The translations under genes were made by a program, and so were the position numbers. From Candidatus Daviesbacteria bacterium (GTDB lineage Bacteria > Patescibacteriota > Microgenomatia > Daviesbacterales > UBA10151), in contig JAQUSJ010000001.1 of NCBI GenBank assembly GCA_028715175.1, positions 7,760 through 71,759 on the forward strand: a stretch of 64,000 bases of DNA, in the 5' to 3' direction. This document shows, piece after piece, positions 1 to 9,122 of the stretch. The first letter of the stretch is position 1; the number at the start of each line of letters is the position of its first letter. The notes beneath the pieces are model-generated. The model saw nothing but the letters and a program-made list of their open reading frames with translations, ran no database searches and was not told the origin of the DNA.

Positions 1-88
1 AATGATCCTCACAGTCCACGTGACATATCACCCAAATAGCCACACATTTGCTTGACTTTTATCCCATGAATAGTTAGCATTAAGTCAA

Positions 89-598
89 ATGAATATCCCA
101 AAAAGTAAGTTCCTAATAATTGGAATTGTGGCTGTACTTTTAGTTGGCGGGTGGTTAGTTTACAAAAATTTCCCTAAAAGCCAAGTAGTTCAACAAACTA
201 AACAGGTTGTTCAGGAAAAGGTTTTATCTAAAGATGATTTATTAAAGCAACGGTCTACTGATTATTCTGTTGCATTTCAATATAAAGATTTCAGCAAGGT
301 ATATGATTTTTTAACTCCTGAAGACAAAAAGCTAATTTCCAAAGATGAATATATAAAGATCCAAAAGGAGGCTTCCCAATCCTCCATAAAAGATTTTACC
401 ATTGATTTAGTTGAAGTTAATGGTGACGAAGGTATTGTAAGGACTTCACTGACTTATTGCTTATTTGGTATATGCACTGGTGCGGGACAAAATAATAACA
501 TTCAAACTCAAAAGACAACCTCTAGGTGGATTTTTATAGATGGGCAATGGTATAGACCTGCAATATCTGAAAATAAGGAATTATACGGAATCAAATAA
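89..598 (+). CDS. Membrane-anchored hypothetical protein (possibly NTF2-like fold)
   Basis: N-terminal TM helix, then a soluble domain ending WIFIDGQWY. Confidence 0.6.
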   Translation: MNIPKSKFLIIGIVAVLLVGGWLVYKNFPKSQVVQQTKQVVQEKVLSKDDLLKQRSTDYSVAFQYKDFSKVYDFLTPEDKKLISKDEYIKIQKEASQSSIKDFTIDLVEVNGDEGIVRTSLTYCLFGICTGAGQNNNIQTQKTTSRWIFIDGQWYRPAISENKELYGIK

Positions 599-862
599 AT
601 GGCTAAATTAAAGTGTGATAATTGCGACCACTACAATTTTAGGCGATTTTCTGATTGGGCAATCCTTATGGGTGCTATGTTTGCCTTATTTGGTTTTCTA
701 ATAGGGGTATTATGGTCTCCTGCACTTTCACTCTTCGTAATTGGTATTGGTATCCTAATAGGTAGTTGGTTTTATAGGCGCTCCAAGAAAGATCAGTATC
801 AATGCTTAAATTGTAAAAAGACCTTCTCCATAATTGAAGCTAAAAAATTAAACTCCCTTTAA
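599..862 (+). CDS. Small two-TM protein flanked by CxxC motifs (split Zn ribbon)
   Basis: CDNC...two TM helices...CLNC; abuts the upstream stop. Confidence 0.65.
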   Translation: MAKLKCDNCDHYNFRRFSDWAILMGAMFALFGFLIGVLWSPALSLFVIGIGILIGSWFYRRSKKDQYQCLNCKKTFSIIEAKKLNSL

Positions 863-925
863 TCCCTATAGTTTAGCCTTGTAATGTATCCCCAATAGAT
901 GCTAAAATAAGGCTGCAAAATGTAG

Positions 926-1858
926 ATGGATATGACAAATTCCAATTTTTTAAGACAAGCAGCTATAAGGAGCTTAGCAGGAGGATTATTTAATGGAACT
1001 ACTGCTAAAGCGCGGATAGCTAATTTTATCCCACCAGACCTCCCTAAACCTACAATTCCTTTACCTACTAACTTTCAATCTTTTCTACCTCCAATTCCTC
1101 AAAAAGTCAGTTCACCCTTGCTACCATTTTTGAAACCTACTGTTAAACCTTTCATAAGGATTGTTAGTCCTGAAGTTGCTTTTATGAATGGGATAAGGAA
1201 GGAAATATCAGATATTGTGAATGATGGCATAGATCAAACTTTAGCCCGAGTGCTTCCCACAATTGATTCACTTGGTTTTGGGGAAGGGAAAATGATTAAA
1301 ACAGCAGTATTGTACATAGATATCCGAGACTCCTCATACATCAGGTTTAATCGTACTCCCAAAGCAGCAGCAAAAATTTATATGAGTTTTCATAGATCAA
1401 TGGTTAAAGCAGGAAAAAGGTATGGTGGGCAAATTGGTGGCTTTGCAGGAGATAGGATCATGGTAATATTCCCTCCAACATCTGTAAACAACAACCGCCA
1501 AAGATCTAATGCTGTAAAAACTGCTATTTTAATGCAGAATGTTTTAGATAAGATTGTTAATCCAATGTTAAACCAAAAATTTGATTATTCACTAACCTGT
1601 GGAATAGGAATAGATTTTGGGGAAATGTTGGTGGTTAAAGCTGGGGCTTACGGAACTGGGAATAATGATTTAATTTGGACTGGCGATCCAGCTAATTTAG
1701 CATCAAAATTAGCTGATGAGGAAAATGGCGGTATCTACATAAGTTCAGCCGTCTATGAATCTATGAGTCAAGATTTAAAGGATAAGCAAATTTGGCTTCA
1801 AAATGTTAACTCAAATGTAAGTAAAAATAGTTATATGTATTTAGACCTATCCAACTAA
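926..1858 (+). CDS. pycC: Class III nucleotidyl cyclase, Pycsar cyclase-like
   Basis: VLYIDIRDSS, AGDRIMVIF, GIGIDFG and WTGDPANLASKL motifs; directly followed by a TM effector gene. Confidence 0.8.
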   Translation: MDMTNSNFLRQAAIRSLAGGLFNGTTAKARIANFIPPDLPKPTIPLPTNFQSFLPPIPQKVSSPLLPFLKPTVKPFIRIVSPEVAFMNGIRKEISDIVNDGIDQTLARVLPTIDSLGFGEGKMIKTAVLYIDIRDSSYIRFNRTPKAAAKIYMSFHRSMVKAGKRYGGQIGGFAGDRIMVIFPPTSVNNNRQRSNAVKTAILMQNVLDKIVNPMLNQKFDYSLTCGIGIDFGEMLVVKAGAYGTGNNDLIWTGDPANLASKLADEENGGIYISSAVYESMSQDLKDKQIWLQNVNSNVSKNSYMYLDLSN

Positions 1859-1861
1859 AAT

Positions 1862-2398
1862 ATGAACAGCAATAATAGATTGCTGCCCCAAAAGGATAGG
1901 ATAACAATTGAGGAGGAAAATCTTAAAAGAGTAACCAAGTGGATACAGGCAAGTGATGCCAAAATTGGTACTATACTTGCTTTTCAGGCAGGCCTCATAG
2001 CTTTTTTAGCAACCAAAGGGAATGAAATTGGACAAATATTGACTTTAAACCAAATCAATAACACTTCAGCTCCTCTAGTTTTAGCACTTTTAGTTTTTTT
2101 ATTATCCTCACTGTATTCATTAAAGGAGGCATTCAGTGGACTTTTCCCAGACACTAAAACAAGGACAATCTCCTTGATATTTTTTGGTAGTATTCCAGCA
2201 TTTGGAGTAGATAAATTTAAAAGGAATTTTCAAAATCTTTCCTATAATGACTACGAGGATGAATTATTGTCTCAAATTTATGTAAACTCATCTATAGCCT
2301 CAAAAAAATTTAATCATGTAAAAAATAGCATCAAAGGTCTGTTTGTTGCAGGAATTGCATGGTTAGTTATTCTTATACTTGTTCCAATTTTACTTTAA
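1862..2398 (+). CDS. pycTM: Pycsar transmembrane effector (DUF5706-like)
   Basis: WIQASDAK followed by TM helices, IFFGSI, NSSIASKKF and a C-terminal TM; 3 nt after the cyclase. Confidence 0.8.
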   Translation: MNSNNRLLPQKDRITIEEENLKRVTKWIQASDAKIGTILAFQAGLIAFLATKGNEIGQILTLNQINNTSAPLVLALLVFLLSSLYSLKEAFSGLFPDTKTRTISLIFFGSIPAFGVDKFKRNFQNLSYNDYEDELLSQIYVNSSIASKKFNHVKNSIKGLFVAGIAWLVILILVPILL

Positions 2399-2403
2399 AT
2401 AAG

Positions 2404-2739
2404 TCAGTCTCTATCAAAAACATCCAACTTGGATTTATCATTTGCTTCCATCCAACATCTACTTAAGAACCCAATAGCTGTCGCAGGTTGACTACTCGGA
2501 ATTTTCCCTGTCCAAACTCCATTTATAGCCTCACCCAACAATTTTTTTAGATCTTTAGTCTTTGTGATCTCCACAGCTTCACCATAAGCCTTAAAAAACC
2601 TTCTATTTAGACCTCCTTTAATGACTGCCTCTCTTTTTTTATCCTGATAAGCTGGATCATGGGTAAAACATAAGCTACTACCCTTGATAGCATTAGCACC
2701 ACACTGTATTCCATTAGGTTTAATTTGACTACATTTCAT
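2404..2739 (-). CDS. Hypothetical protein with N-terminal C-x9-C-x10-C-x2-H motif (HGGxSTG-like, mobile-element type)
   Basis: MKCSQIKPNGIQCGANAIKGSSLCFTH. Confidence 0.55.
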   Translation of the reverse strand: MKCSQIKPNGIQCGANAIKGSSLCFTHDPAYQDKKREAVIKGGLNRRFFKAYGEAVEITKTKDLKKLLGEAINGVWTGKIPSSQPATAIGFLSRCWMEANDKSKLDVFDRD

Positions 2740-2838
2740 AAGTTACTTATGGGGGGCATACCCCTGTTAGCCTCAAACCAAGTGCAAAAAGTCTCATTTC
2801 CTCCACCTATTTAAGCATAGATATAGGTTCTAACAGCC

Positions 2839-2853
2839 TCCCGCCCCCGCAAC
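2839..2853 (+). mobile_element. Putative att site: duplicated 3' end of an initiator tRNA-Met
   Basis: TCCCGCCCCCGCAAC matches the T-stem/acceptor 3' strand of tRNA-fMet; lies at the accessory/core gene boundary. Confidence 0.5.
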
Positions 2854-2879
2854 ACACTTCGACAAGCTCAGTACAAGCT

Positions 2880-3230
2880 TTACTTAAAAAATACCTTCCA
2901 CCAACCCAACCAATTGGGAAGACGAACTTGAGCTGATTGACTGGCACCCAGTACTGCTTTTAACTTTTCCTCTGGAATAACCACCACAGTCTCCCCTTTT
3001 CTTGAAAAACCCAGCTTGTCTCTGATTTCCTCTTCTATAAATTCCTGTGACTGAATTTGGGCAAGTTCACTCTTTAACTGCTTATTTTTAACCTCCAGCT
3101 TATAAACAGCATCCGCGGCCTCTGATAATCTTTCCCCGGATCTGGTAACCTCAATTATCTGGTTCACAAGATTATAGACAATAAATAAAACTACTAAAAT
3201 AATCAAACCTGACGTGATTTTTCTAATCAT
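2880..3230 (-). CDS. Septum formation initiator (FtsB/DivIC family)
   Basis: N-terminal TM, coiled coil, FIEEEIRDKLGFSRKGETVV. Confidence 0.8.
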   Translation of the reverse strand: MIRKITSGLIILVVLFIVYNLVNQIIEVTRSGERLSEAADAVYKLEVKNKQLKSELAQIQSQEFIEEEIRDKLGFSRKGETVVVIPEEKLKAVLGASQSAQVRLPNWLGWWKVFFK

Positions 3231-3267
3231 AGTTAATTAAATTTAATCATTCTGCGTATCCTCATCC

Positions 3268-3296
3268 TTGACAAAGTCAGCCTATAACATTAAAAT
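3268..3296 (+). promoter_or_regulatory. Sigma70-type promoter of the recombinase gene
   Basis: TTGACA-N17-TAAAAT, 8 nt before the ATG. Confidence 0.65.
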
Positions 3297-3304
3297 GTAC
3301 TATT

Positions 3305-4168
3305 ATGGTTTCTTTGCATGATGCACACCAACAATTTATAGATCATCTTAAAGGTAGATCCAGAGCTTCAGCTACTATCTTAGCTTATGGCAAAGATATT
3401 GATCAACTGGTGAGTTTTTTGGAAAACATAGGCAAAACCGATCCCAACCAAGTTGAAACTACAGATTTACAGGCATTTATGCAAAAATTGGCTGATGAAC
3501 ATTATACTGCCAAATCAATCTCACGAAAAACCAATTCCACCAAAACATTTTTCAAGTTTTTAAAAAGTTCTAATTTAATAAATTCTGATCCAACAACAGC
3601 TTTAGAGCATCCCAAATTCGAAAATAAACCACCCAGGATTTTAACCAAATTGGAATATCGGAGCTTACGTGATGCGGCCAGATCCGATACCAGAATATCG
3701 GCAGTCGTAGAATTACTCCTTCAAACTGGTATCAGGATTGGCGAACTTGCCAAACTGCGGGTTGAAGATATTGATTTGAACAATTTAACTCTCCATGTTC
3801 CTCCGTTTGAAGATACCCGCGAAAGAGTGATACCGCTCAATAAATCAGCAGCAGAAGCAGTCAAAAACTATCTTCCGATAAGAGCAAAAACCCCAAATCA
3901 TGCCTTATTCGTTACTAAAACCGGCCGCCCCTTACTTATTAGAAATATCAGGACTGCGATCGACAGATACTTCAGAATTGCCGGTATCAAAGATGCCAAA
4001 CTCAACGATCTCCGGCATACTTGGGTAACATTTCAGCTTCAAGCAGGACTACCAATGACCATGGTATCAAAGTTAGCCGGCCACAAAAGACTTTCAACAA
4101 CCGAAAAATACCTCCAATTCATCCAAGGCCCAACTGCGGAGGGAAAAGTTAAGTTAGAAGAGCTGTAA
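3305..4168 (+). CDS. XerC/XerD-family tyrosine recombinase
   Basis: TGIRIGEL, LRHT and LAGH...TTEKY catalytic motifs; N-terminal SAM-like domain. Confidence 0.9.
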   Translation: MVSLHDAHQQFIDHLKGRSRASATILAYGKDIDQLVSFLENIGKTDPNQVETTDLQAFMQKLADEHYTAKSISRKTNSTKTFFKFLKSSNLINSDPTTALEHPKFENKPPRILTKLEYRSLRDAARSDTRISAVVELLLQTGIRIGELAKLRVEDIDLNNLTLHVPPFEDTRERVIPLNKSAAEAVKNYLPIRAKTPNHALFVTKTGRPLLIRNIRTAIDRYFRIAGIKDAKLNDLRHTWVTFQLQAGLPMTMVSKLAGHKRLSTTEKYLQFIQGPTAEGKVKLEEL

Positions 4169-4180
4169 AGGAAAAGTTTT

Positions 4181-4603
4181 ATGGTGCAACGATCTCCGGA
4201 AATAACTCTATATCCAAATAGAGTAGTGAATGATCCCCAGATTCTGTATAGAGCAATCCGCTATGAGTTTATGACTCCGCCAAAAATTGGGGCGAGATCG
4301 TTATGCAGAATTTTATTGTGCACAATTACTGAGCGTCCAGACATGGTTGCTCTATATGTGGGTCATCCTTTTCCTTCAGTTGGAACTTTAACCGTCATGA
4401 CAAAGGCAGAAGAAAGAGCAAGAGTAGAAAAAGAAATTAGCGATGGATTAAACAATAAACGAATAGTACCAGCAACTCAAGAATTAATGTTTGCAACTAC
4501 AGGGCAGTTTGTAGAAACCGTCATCGCAGCAGTTAATGATTCTAACTGCCCTCCAGCAGAGAAAAATTCTCTGTTTTCTAGTCTCGCTAAACTACAACCA
4601 TAA
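4181..4603 (+). CDS. Hypothetical protein
   Basis: 140-aa ORF with no recognised motif. Confidence 0.5.
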   Translation: MVQRSPEITLYPNRVVNDPQILYRAIRYEFMTPPKIGARSLCRILLCTITERPDMVALYVGHPFPSVGTLTVMTKAEERARVEKEISDGLNNKRIVPATQELMFATTGQFVETVIAAVNDSNCPPAEKNSLFSSLAKLQP

Positions 4604-4634
4604 TAGTTTTTTGGTAGCCGGACCAGAATTAAAG

Positions 4635-4705
4635 TAGGCCCGGAAGGAATCGAACCCTCGTCTTGACTGTATAAGAATCAGGTATTACCATTATACGACG
4701 GGCCT
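4635..4705 (-). tRNA. tRNA-Ile(UAU)
   Basis: Acceptor AGGCCCG/CGGGCCT, anticodon arm TGATT-CTTATAC-AGTCA, T loop TTCGATT, discriminator A. Confidence 0.88.
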
Positions 4706-4737
4706 AGGCACTAATTGTACCAAAGATTATAATCACT

Positions 4738-4809
4738 GTCATTCTGGAGGTCGAAGGCCGATAGAATCTTTAAAGATCCTGTCACTCGCTTCGCTCGTTC
4801 CAGGATGAC
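4738..4809. repeat. REP-like palindrome doublet (GTCATT...ATGAC family)
   Basis: gtcattctggag...cgatagaatct / agatcctgtca...ttccaggatgac. Confidence 0.75.
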
Positions 4810-4837
4810 TATAGAATAACTCATTCCAGTATGATAA

Positions 4838-5125
4838 TTACAAAATAGCTTGATAAAGATCTTTAAAATTTGGATTTTTGCTTTTAATTAATTCAATTTT
4901 CTTCCGCCTTAATAAATTCTTTATTGTCTTTTCTCTTTTAATAGCATTTTCTGGATCTTGGAATACTTCAAAATAAACTAGCTTGTCTATGTTGTATTTT
5001 TGAGTAAATCCAGCAACTGATTTTTGCTTATGCTCATAAACTCTTCTAATTAAATTATTGGTTATACCAGTATATAAAACAGTGTTTCTGAAGTTTGTCA
5101 GAATATAGATGTAGTATTGTTTCAC
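4838..5125 (-). CDS. GIY-YIG nuclease family protein
   Basis: YYIYIL...LYTGITNNLIRRVYEHK, AIKREK; GTG start. Confidence 0.92.
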   Translation of the reverse strand: MKQYYIYILTNFRNTVLYTGITNNLIRRVYEHKQKSVAGFTQKYNIDKLVYFEVFQDPENAIKREKTIKNLLRRKKIELIKSKNPNFKDLYQAIL

Positions 5126-5130
5126 TAACT

Positions 5131-5168
5131 AGATTCTATCGCTCCACTTCGTTTCGCTCCAGAATGAC
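5131..5168. repeat. REP-like half element complementary to 4738-4769
   Basis: agattctatcg...ctccagaatgac. Confidence 0.75.
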
Positions 5169-5176
5169 GCGGTCCC

Positions 5177-7519
5177 CTACAGTCTCGCTCTTGATGCTAT
5201 CTCTCCCTCGACTTGAGTCACATCCCGACCATATTTCAACCTAGATAACTCTCTGATGGCCTGGCCTATTTGGGGATTTAGCATAGCCTTCCATTTTTTC
5301 ATATCTTTAGTTGTATCCAGGGAAAAAGGCACCACCGGCTCACCATTAACAATGGTTTTAATATAAGTATGAGGAGCTTCAATATTTACCAGATCTGCCT
5401 CTGTAAAAGTGGGTGAAAATTCATGCTGCAGGTAATTGGCATCAGTTACACCCACTCTAAACCCGATAATTGTACCAACGTTTCCAAAAACAGCGTTTTT
5501 CAAATCCTCACCTATCTGACCAATAAATTGATTAGCCACAATCAAGTTTAATCTATATTTCCTGGCTTCAGAAAGAATATCCGCAAAAGTATCGGTAGCG
5601 AAATTTTGAAACTCATCAACATAAAGATAAAAATCCCGCCGCTCCTCCATCGGCACATCAGAACGGGACATGGCAGCAGCTAAAATTTTGGGGACTAAAA
5701 TTAATCCCAGGAAATTGGAGTTTTCCTCCCCTATCCGCCCTTTTGAAAGATTCATAATTAAAATCTTTCCTTCATCCATAACTTTCCGCAGGTCAAACGA
5801 GGATTTTGATTGGCCAATAATATTCCTCATCATTTTATTGGTAACAAACCGGCCGAATTTAGACACCGTATAATCCAAAACTTCCGATTTGTGGAAGTCC
5901 GTAGTTTGAGCAATCTGGTCTGTCCAATAACGCCTCACAACCGGATCAGTAACTTTCGGCAGGAGTTCTTTGACAAAGTTGGCATCAGTCATAATTCTGA
6001 CCACCTCCACAAAAGTAGCGCCCGGATCACTCATAGCAGTAAGCATCGCATTCCTAACACCATGTTCAAAACGGGGACCGATAATTCCTGTTTTATTAGG
6101 ATCAAAAAGTTTGTACATGAGTCCTATTATTGAAGCTACGACAAAATGTTTTTGTTCTTCGGCATAAGCTTCCAGCATGTTTAATCCAAATGGCCGGGTC
6201 ATATCAGAGGGATCAAAATAAATTACATCTTCCGCTCTCTGGGGCGGGATCAGTTGCAACATCTCCTCAGCCGCATCTCCGTGGGGATCAATAAAACAGA
6301 GTCCTTTGCCGGCCATAACGTCTTGCAACATTAAAGTTTTAAGTAATTCCGACTTTCCTGTACCGGTCCGGCCGATGATATACATATGCCTTCGCCTGTC
6401 GTCTTCCGAAAGATAGACCGGCCTGTCTACGCCGCGGAAAACAGACCTGCCTAAAAATAAACCGCTGACGGGAATCTTTTCCGGAGCCGGAGCCCGTTTT
6501 GATGAAAGCCAACTGATATAAGGCGTTTCAATGGACTTGTTCGGAAAATGAAAAATAGAGGCCAGTTCATCAGGTGCTAGAACCGAAAGCTTAGTAAATC
6601 TGGGCATATAACGATAAATAAAATCGGTTAAAAACCCTTTTTGGGAATACACTTTGGCGCTGGTGAATGAGTTATATGGTCCGCTAAATTGCTCAAAAGC
6701 TGTTTTGATATTGGCCAGATGAGCTTTGGCAGCTGCTTCGGAAGTGCTGGAAGTGACAATCCGCAAACTGATGTCAAATCCTGATTTGGAAAGCTTACCT
6801 TCAACTGCTTCCAGCTCCTTGGCGTCGGGAAGAGCTTTCGGATTTTTTTCATCTCCCGGCTCTTTTTGTTTTTTCAGCCATTTTTTACCTAAATCCTTCC
6901 AGGTATTACCCGAAGGCGAGATCATAAGCTGTATGGCTATTCCTTCGTTCATTTGCATCTTGGCAAAAGCCGAAGTCAGGGCTGAAAGAGGGTCTGTAGG
7001 CAGGTCGCGGAAAGTTTTAATCGGGAAATAATCCGCATTCTTCAGTTTCAACTGAGTATAAGCTACTTCCCCGGTCTCAGAAAAGATATTGTATTCTGGA
7101 ACCTCTTTAATTTCGGCATCAGGATAAGCGCCATGAATTTGTTTCTCAATTAAATCCTGGTGTGATTTATAACAAGCCACAAAAAATCTGATTGATTCGT
7201 GCAAAGCTACAACCTCAAAAGACAAATGTGGTTGCGGGTTCAAAACACCTAACATCCCTCCGGATTTCCGCAGAGACGAAAGGGTGGCAAAGAGCTGTTC
7301 AATGGCATCTATTTTAACTTCATTCCCTCTCGGGACTTTAATTTGTAAAAGCACAAACTGCAATGACAACTTTTCCCTACCCCTGTACTTAATCCAATCC
7401 ACCAGGTATTTACGCAAAAAAAGAAAAATACCCGCCAGCAAAAGCAGCAGTCCTAAAACTGCAATTGTAGCTATGATTAAACCTGTAAAATCTATTCCGC
7501 TTGCTTGAGTAACTTCCAT
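5177..7519 (-). CDS. VirD4/TraD/HerA-like P-loop ATPase with N-terminal TM (T4SS coupling protein-like)
   Basis: Walker A GRTGTGKS, IDPHGD, Walker B LYVDEFQNF, LSEARKYRL. Confidence 0.85.
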   Translation of the reverse strand: MEVTQASGIDFTGLIIATIAVLGLLLLLAGIFLFLRKYLVDWIKYRGREKLSLQFVLLQIKVPRGNEVKIDAIEQLFATLSSLRKSGGMLGVLNPQPHLSFEVVALHESIRFFVACYKSHQDLIEKQIHGAYPDAEIKEVPEYNIFSETGEVAYTQLKLKNADYFPIKTFRDLPTDPLSALTSAFAKMQMNEGIAIQLMISPSGNTWKDLGKKWLKKQKEPGDEKNPKALPDAKELEAVEGKLSKSGFDISLRIVTSSTSEAAAKAHLANIKTAFEQFSGPYNSFTSAKVYSQKGFLTDFIYRYMPRFTKLSVLAPDELASIFHFPNKSIETPYISWLSSKRAPAPEKIPVSGLFLGRSVFRGVDRPVYLSEDDRRRHMYIIGRTGTGKSELLKTLMLQDVMAGKGLCFIDPHGDAAEEMLQLIPPQRAEDVIYFDPSDMTRPFGLNMLEAYAEEQKHFVVASIIGLMYKLFDPNKTGIIGPRFEHGVRNAMLTAMSDPGATFVEVVRIMTDANFVKELLPKVTDPVVRRYWTDQIAQTTDFHKSEVLDYTVSKFGRFVTNKMMRNIIGQSKSSFDLRKVMDEGKILIMNLSKGRIGEENSNFLGLILVPKILAAAMSRSDVPMEERRDFYLYVDEFQNFATDTFADILSEARKYRLNLIVANQFIGQIGEDLKNAVFGNVGTIIGFRVGVTDANYLQHEFSPTFTEADLVNIEAPHTYIKTIVNGEPVVPFSLDTTKDMKKWKAMLNPQIGQAIRELSRLKYGRDVTQVEGEIASRARL

Positions 7520-7520
7520 A

Positions 7521-7829
7521 TTATGCTGCTTTTTCCATTAACCTCCTCCTGATAAAGTCTATTGCTCTCGGAATTTTGCTTTGTGCAGTACGTATACGGG
7601 CATTATCGCCTGCACCTCCAATCTGTTCATCAACTATGCTTCCTACAACATGTACAGTATTCCCCCAAGCCTCTCCAATCGCTTCCAGTGGAGAGTTATC
7701 GTCCGGGTTCACATCAGCCGCAGTGGCCGGGTGACCAGCTTTAGTTAAATTACCGGCAACTTTTTCATGCAACATCTCTTCTTGATCTTTTGTATACTGT
7801 AAAACTTCTGTAGGAGCAGGTCCTGCCAT
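7521..7829 (-). CDS. Hypothetical protein
   Basis: ORF tightly packed between trxB and the ATPase gene. Confidence 0.6.
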   Translation of the reverse strand: MAGPAPTEVLQYTKDQEEMLHEKVAGNLTKAGHPATAADVNPDDNSPLEAIGEAWGNTVHVVGSIVDEQIGGAGDNARIRTAQSKIPRAIDFIRRRLMEKAA

Positions 7830-7836
7830 AAATGTA

Positions 7837-8766
7837 TTATCTCATATTTGCCAGATATTCTTCGGCTTCAAATGCAGCTTTACAGCCGGCTCCTGCCGCT
7901 GTGATTGCCTGCCTGTATTTATAATCCGAAACATCACCTGCCGCAAAAACCCCAGGAATGCTCGTTTGGGTTTCATCTTTAACCACAATATAACCTTTTT
8001 GATCCAGATCCAATTGACCTTTCAGAAAATCAGTATTGGGCTTATGACCAATTGCAACAAACAATCCGTCTACTGCCAGCTCGCTAATCTCACCTATTTG
8101 GGTATTTTTTAACCTCAAACCAGTAACTTTATCGTTTCCCAATACTTCCTCTACTACTGAATTCCAGATAAAATTGATATTTGGCTTTAACTTAACTAAT
8201 TCCTGCAAGGCCACTTGGGCCCTTAAGCTTTCTCTCCTGTGTATGACAGTAACCTTTGAGCAGAGCTTGGATAAATAGTTTGCTTCACGCAAGGCGGTAT
8301 CTCCTCCACCCACAACTGCCACACTTTTCCCTTTAAAGAAAAAACCGTCGCAAACCGCACAGGCTGATACCCCTTTCCCTTTTAGTTTTTCCTCAGATGG
8401 CAATCCCAGCCATATTGCCGACGCTCCTGTGGCAATAATTAAACTATCAGTCGTCAAACACCGGTTGTCAATCTGAACTACAAATGGTTTTTCCTTAAGA
8501 TCCACAGAAACCACATCTTCGCCGATAAAACGGGTGCCGAACCGTTCGGCCTGCTTGCGCATTTTTGCCATTAATTCGGGACCTTGAATACCTGTTTCAA
8601 ATCCCGGATAATCATCTACATCTGTTGTCTTAATTAACTGTCCCCCTGCCTCCTTTCCAGCAATAACCAGCGGCTTTAAATTACCTCTGGCAGCATAGAT
8701 AGCAGCTGTTAACCCTGCGGGTCCGGAACCGATAATAATTACTTTCTCTACTGGAGACTGTTCCAT
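7837..8766 (-). CDS. trxB: Thioredoxin-disulfide reductase
   Basis: GSGPAG, CAVCDG, GGGDTA, GVFAAGD. Confidence 0.96.
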   Translation of the reverse strand: MEQSPVEKVIIIGSGPAGLTAAIYAARGNLKPLVIAGKEAGGQLIKTTDVDDYPGFETGIQGPELMAKMRKQAERFGTRFIGEDVVSVDLKEKPFVVQIDNRCLTTDSLIIATGASAIWLGLPSEEKLKGKGVSACAVCDGFFFKGKSVAVVGGGDTALREANYLSKLCSKVTVIHRRESLRAQVALQELVKLKPNINFIWNSVVEEVLGNDKVTGLRLKNTQIGEISELAVDGLFVAIGHKPNTDFLKGQLDLDQKGYIVVKDETQTSIPGVFAAGDVSDYKYRQAITAAGAGCKAAFEAEEYLANMR

Positions 8767-8770
8767 ATAA

Positions 8771-8838
8771 AAGTATTAAGTAGCAGGTAGCATGTATTAT
8801 GGGGAAACAAACCACTTAATACTTAATACATGATACTA
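8771..8838. repeat. 7-nt-period inverted-repeat hairpin
   Basis: aagtatt aagtagc aggtagc atgtatt ... aatactt aatacat gatacta. Confidence 0.65.
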
Positions 8839-8848
8839 GATGCAAACC

Positions 8849-9088
8849 CTATCTTCCAGTTGAGCTGGAAGTAGCGCTTTTTGCCTTAGTTGACCCGGTT
8901 GCTTCTTCCGCCTTTGGTGTAGCAGACGGGCTGGCTACTGTAGAAGGTGTTGGCACAGGTGTAACTTCCTCTTGCTGATTTACCTGTGGGGAAACAATCG
9001 ATGTAGTCTTACTGCGAAGCCATACTAAATAACCTGCAATAACCACCAATACCAGTATAACTATGACTATTGAAGTGTTTCTGTTCAT
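8849..9088 (-). CDS. Small membrane-anchored Pro/Ser/Thr-rich protein
   Basis: TM helix and low-complexity tail; SD GGAGGTG upstream. Confidence 0.7.
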   Translation of the reverse strand: MNRNTSIVIVILVLVVIAGYLVWLRSKTTSIVSPQVNQQEEVTPVPTPSTVASPSATPKAEEATGSTKAKSATSSSTGR

Positions 9089-9122
9089 GAACTCACCTCC
9101 CCCCGGGCAACTGTTCTTTATC

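Noticed and set aside
3305-4168. Tyrosine recombinase as the integrase of the left island
   Set aside because: It lies outside the putative att site, beyond a core cell-division gene, and has the size and architecture of housekeeping XerC/D.
5670-7744. Several short ORFs overlapping the ATPase gene and its neighbour
   Set aside because: Shadow or alternate-frame ORFs of a well-supported gene, with no motifs; the same applies to similar ORFs over the Cu-ATPase, dnaG, rpoD, virB4, dnaN and the giant ORF.
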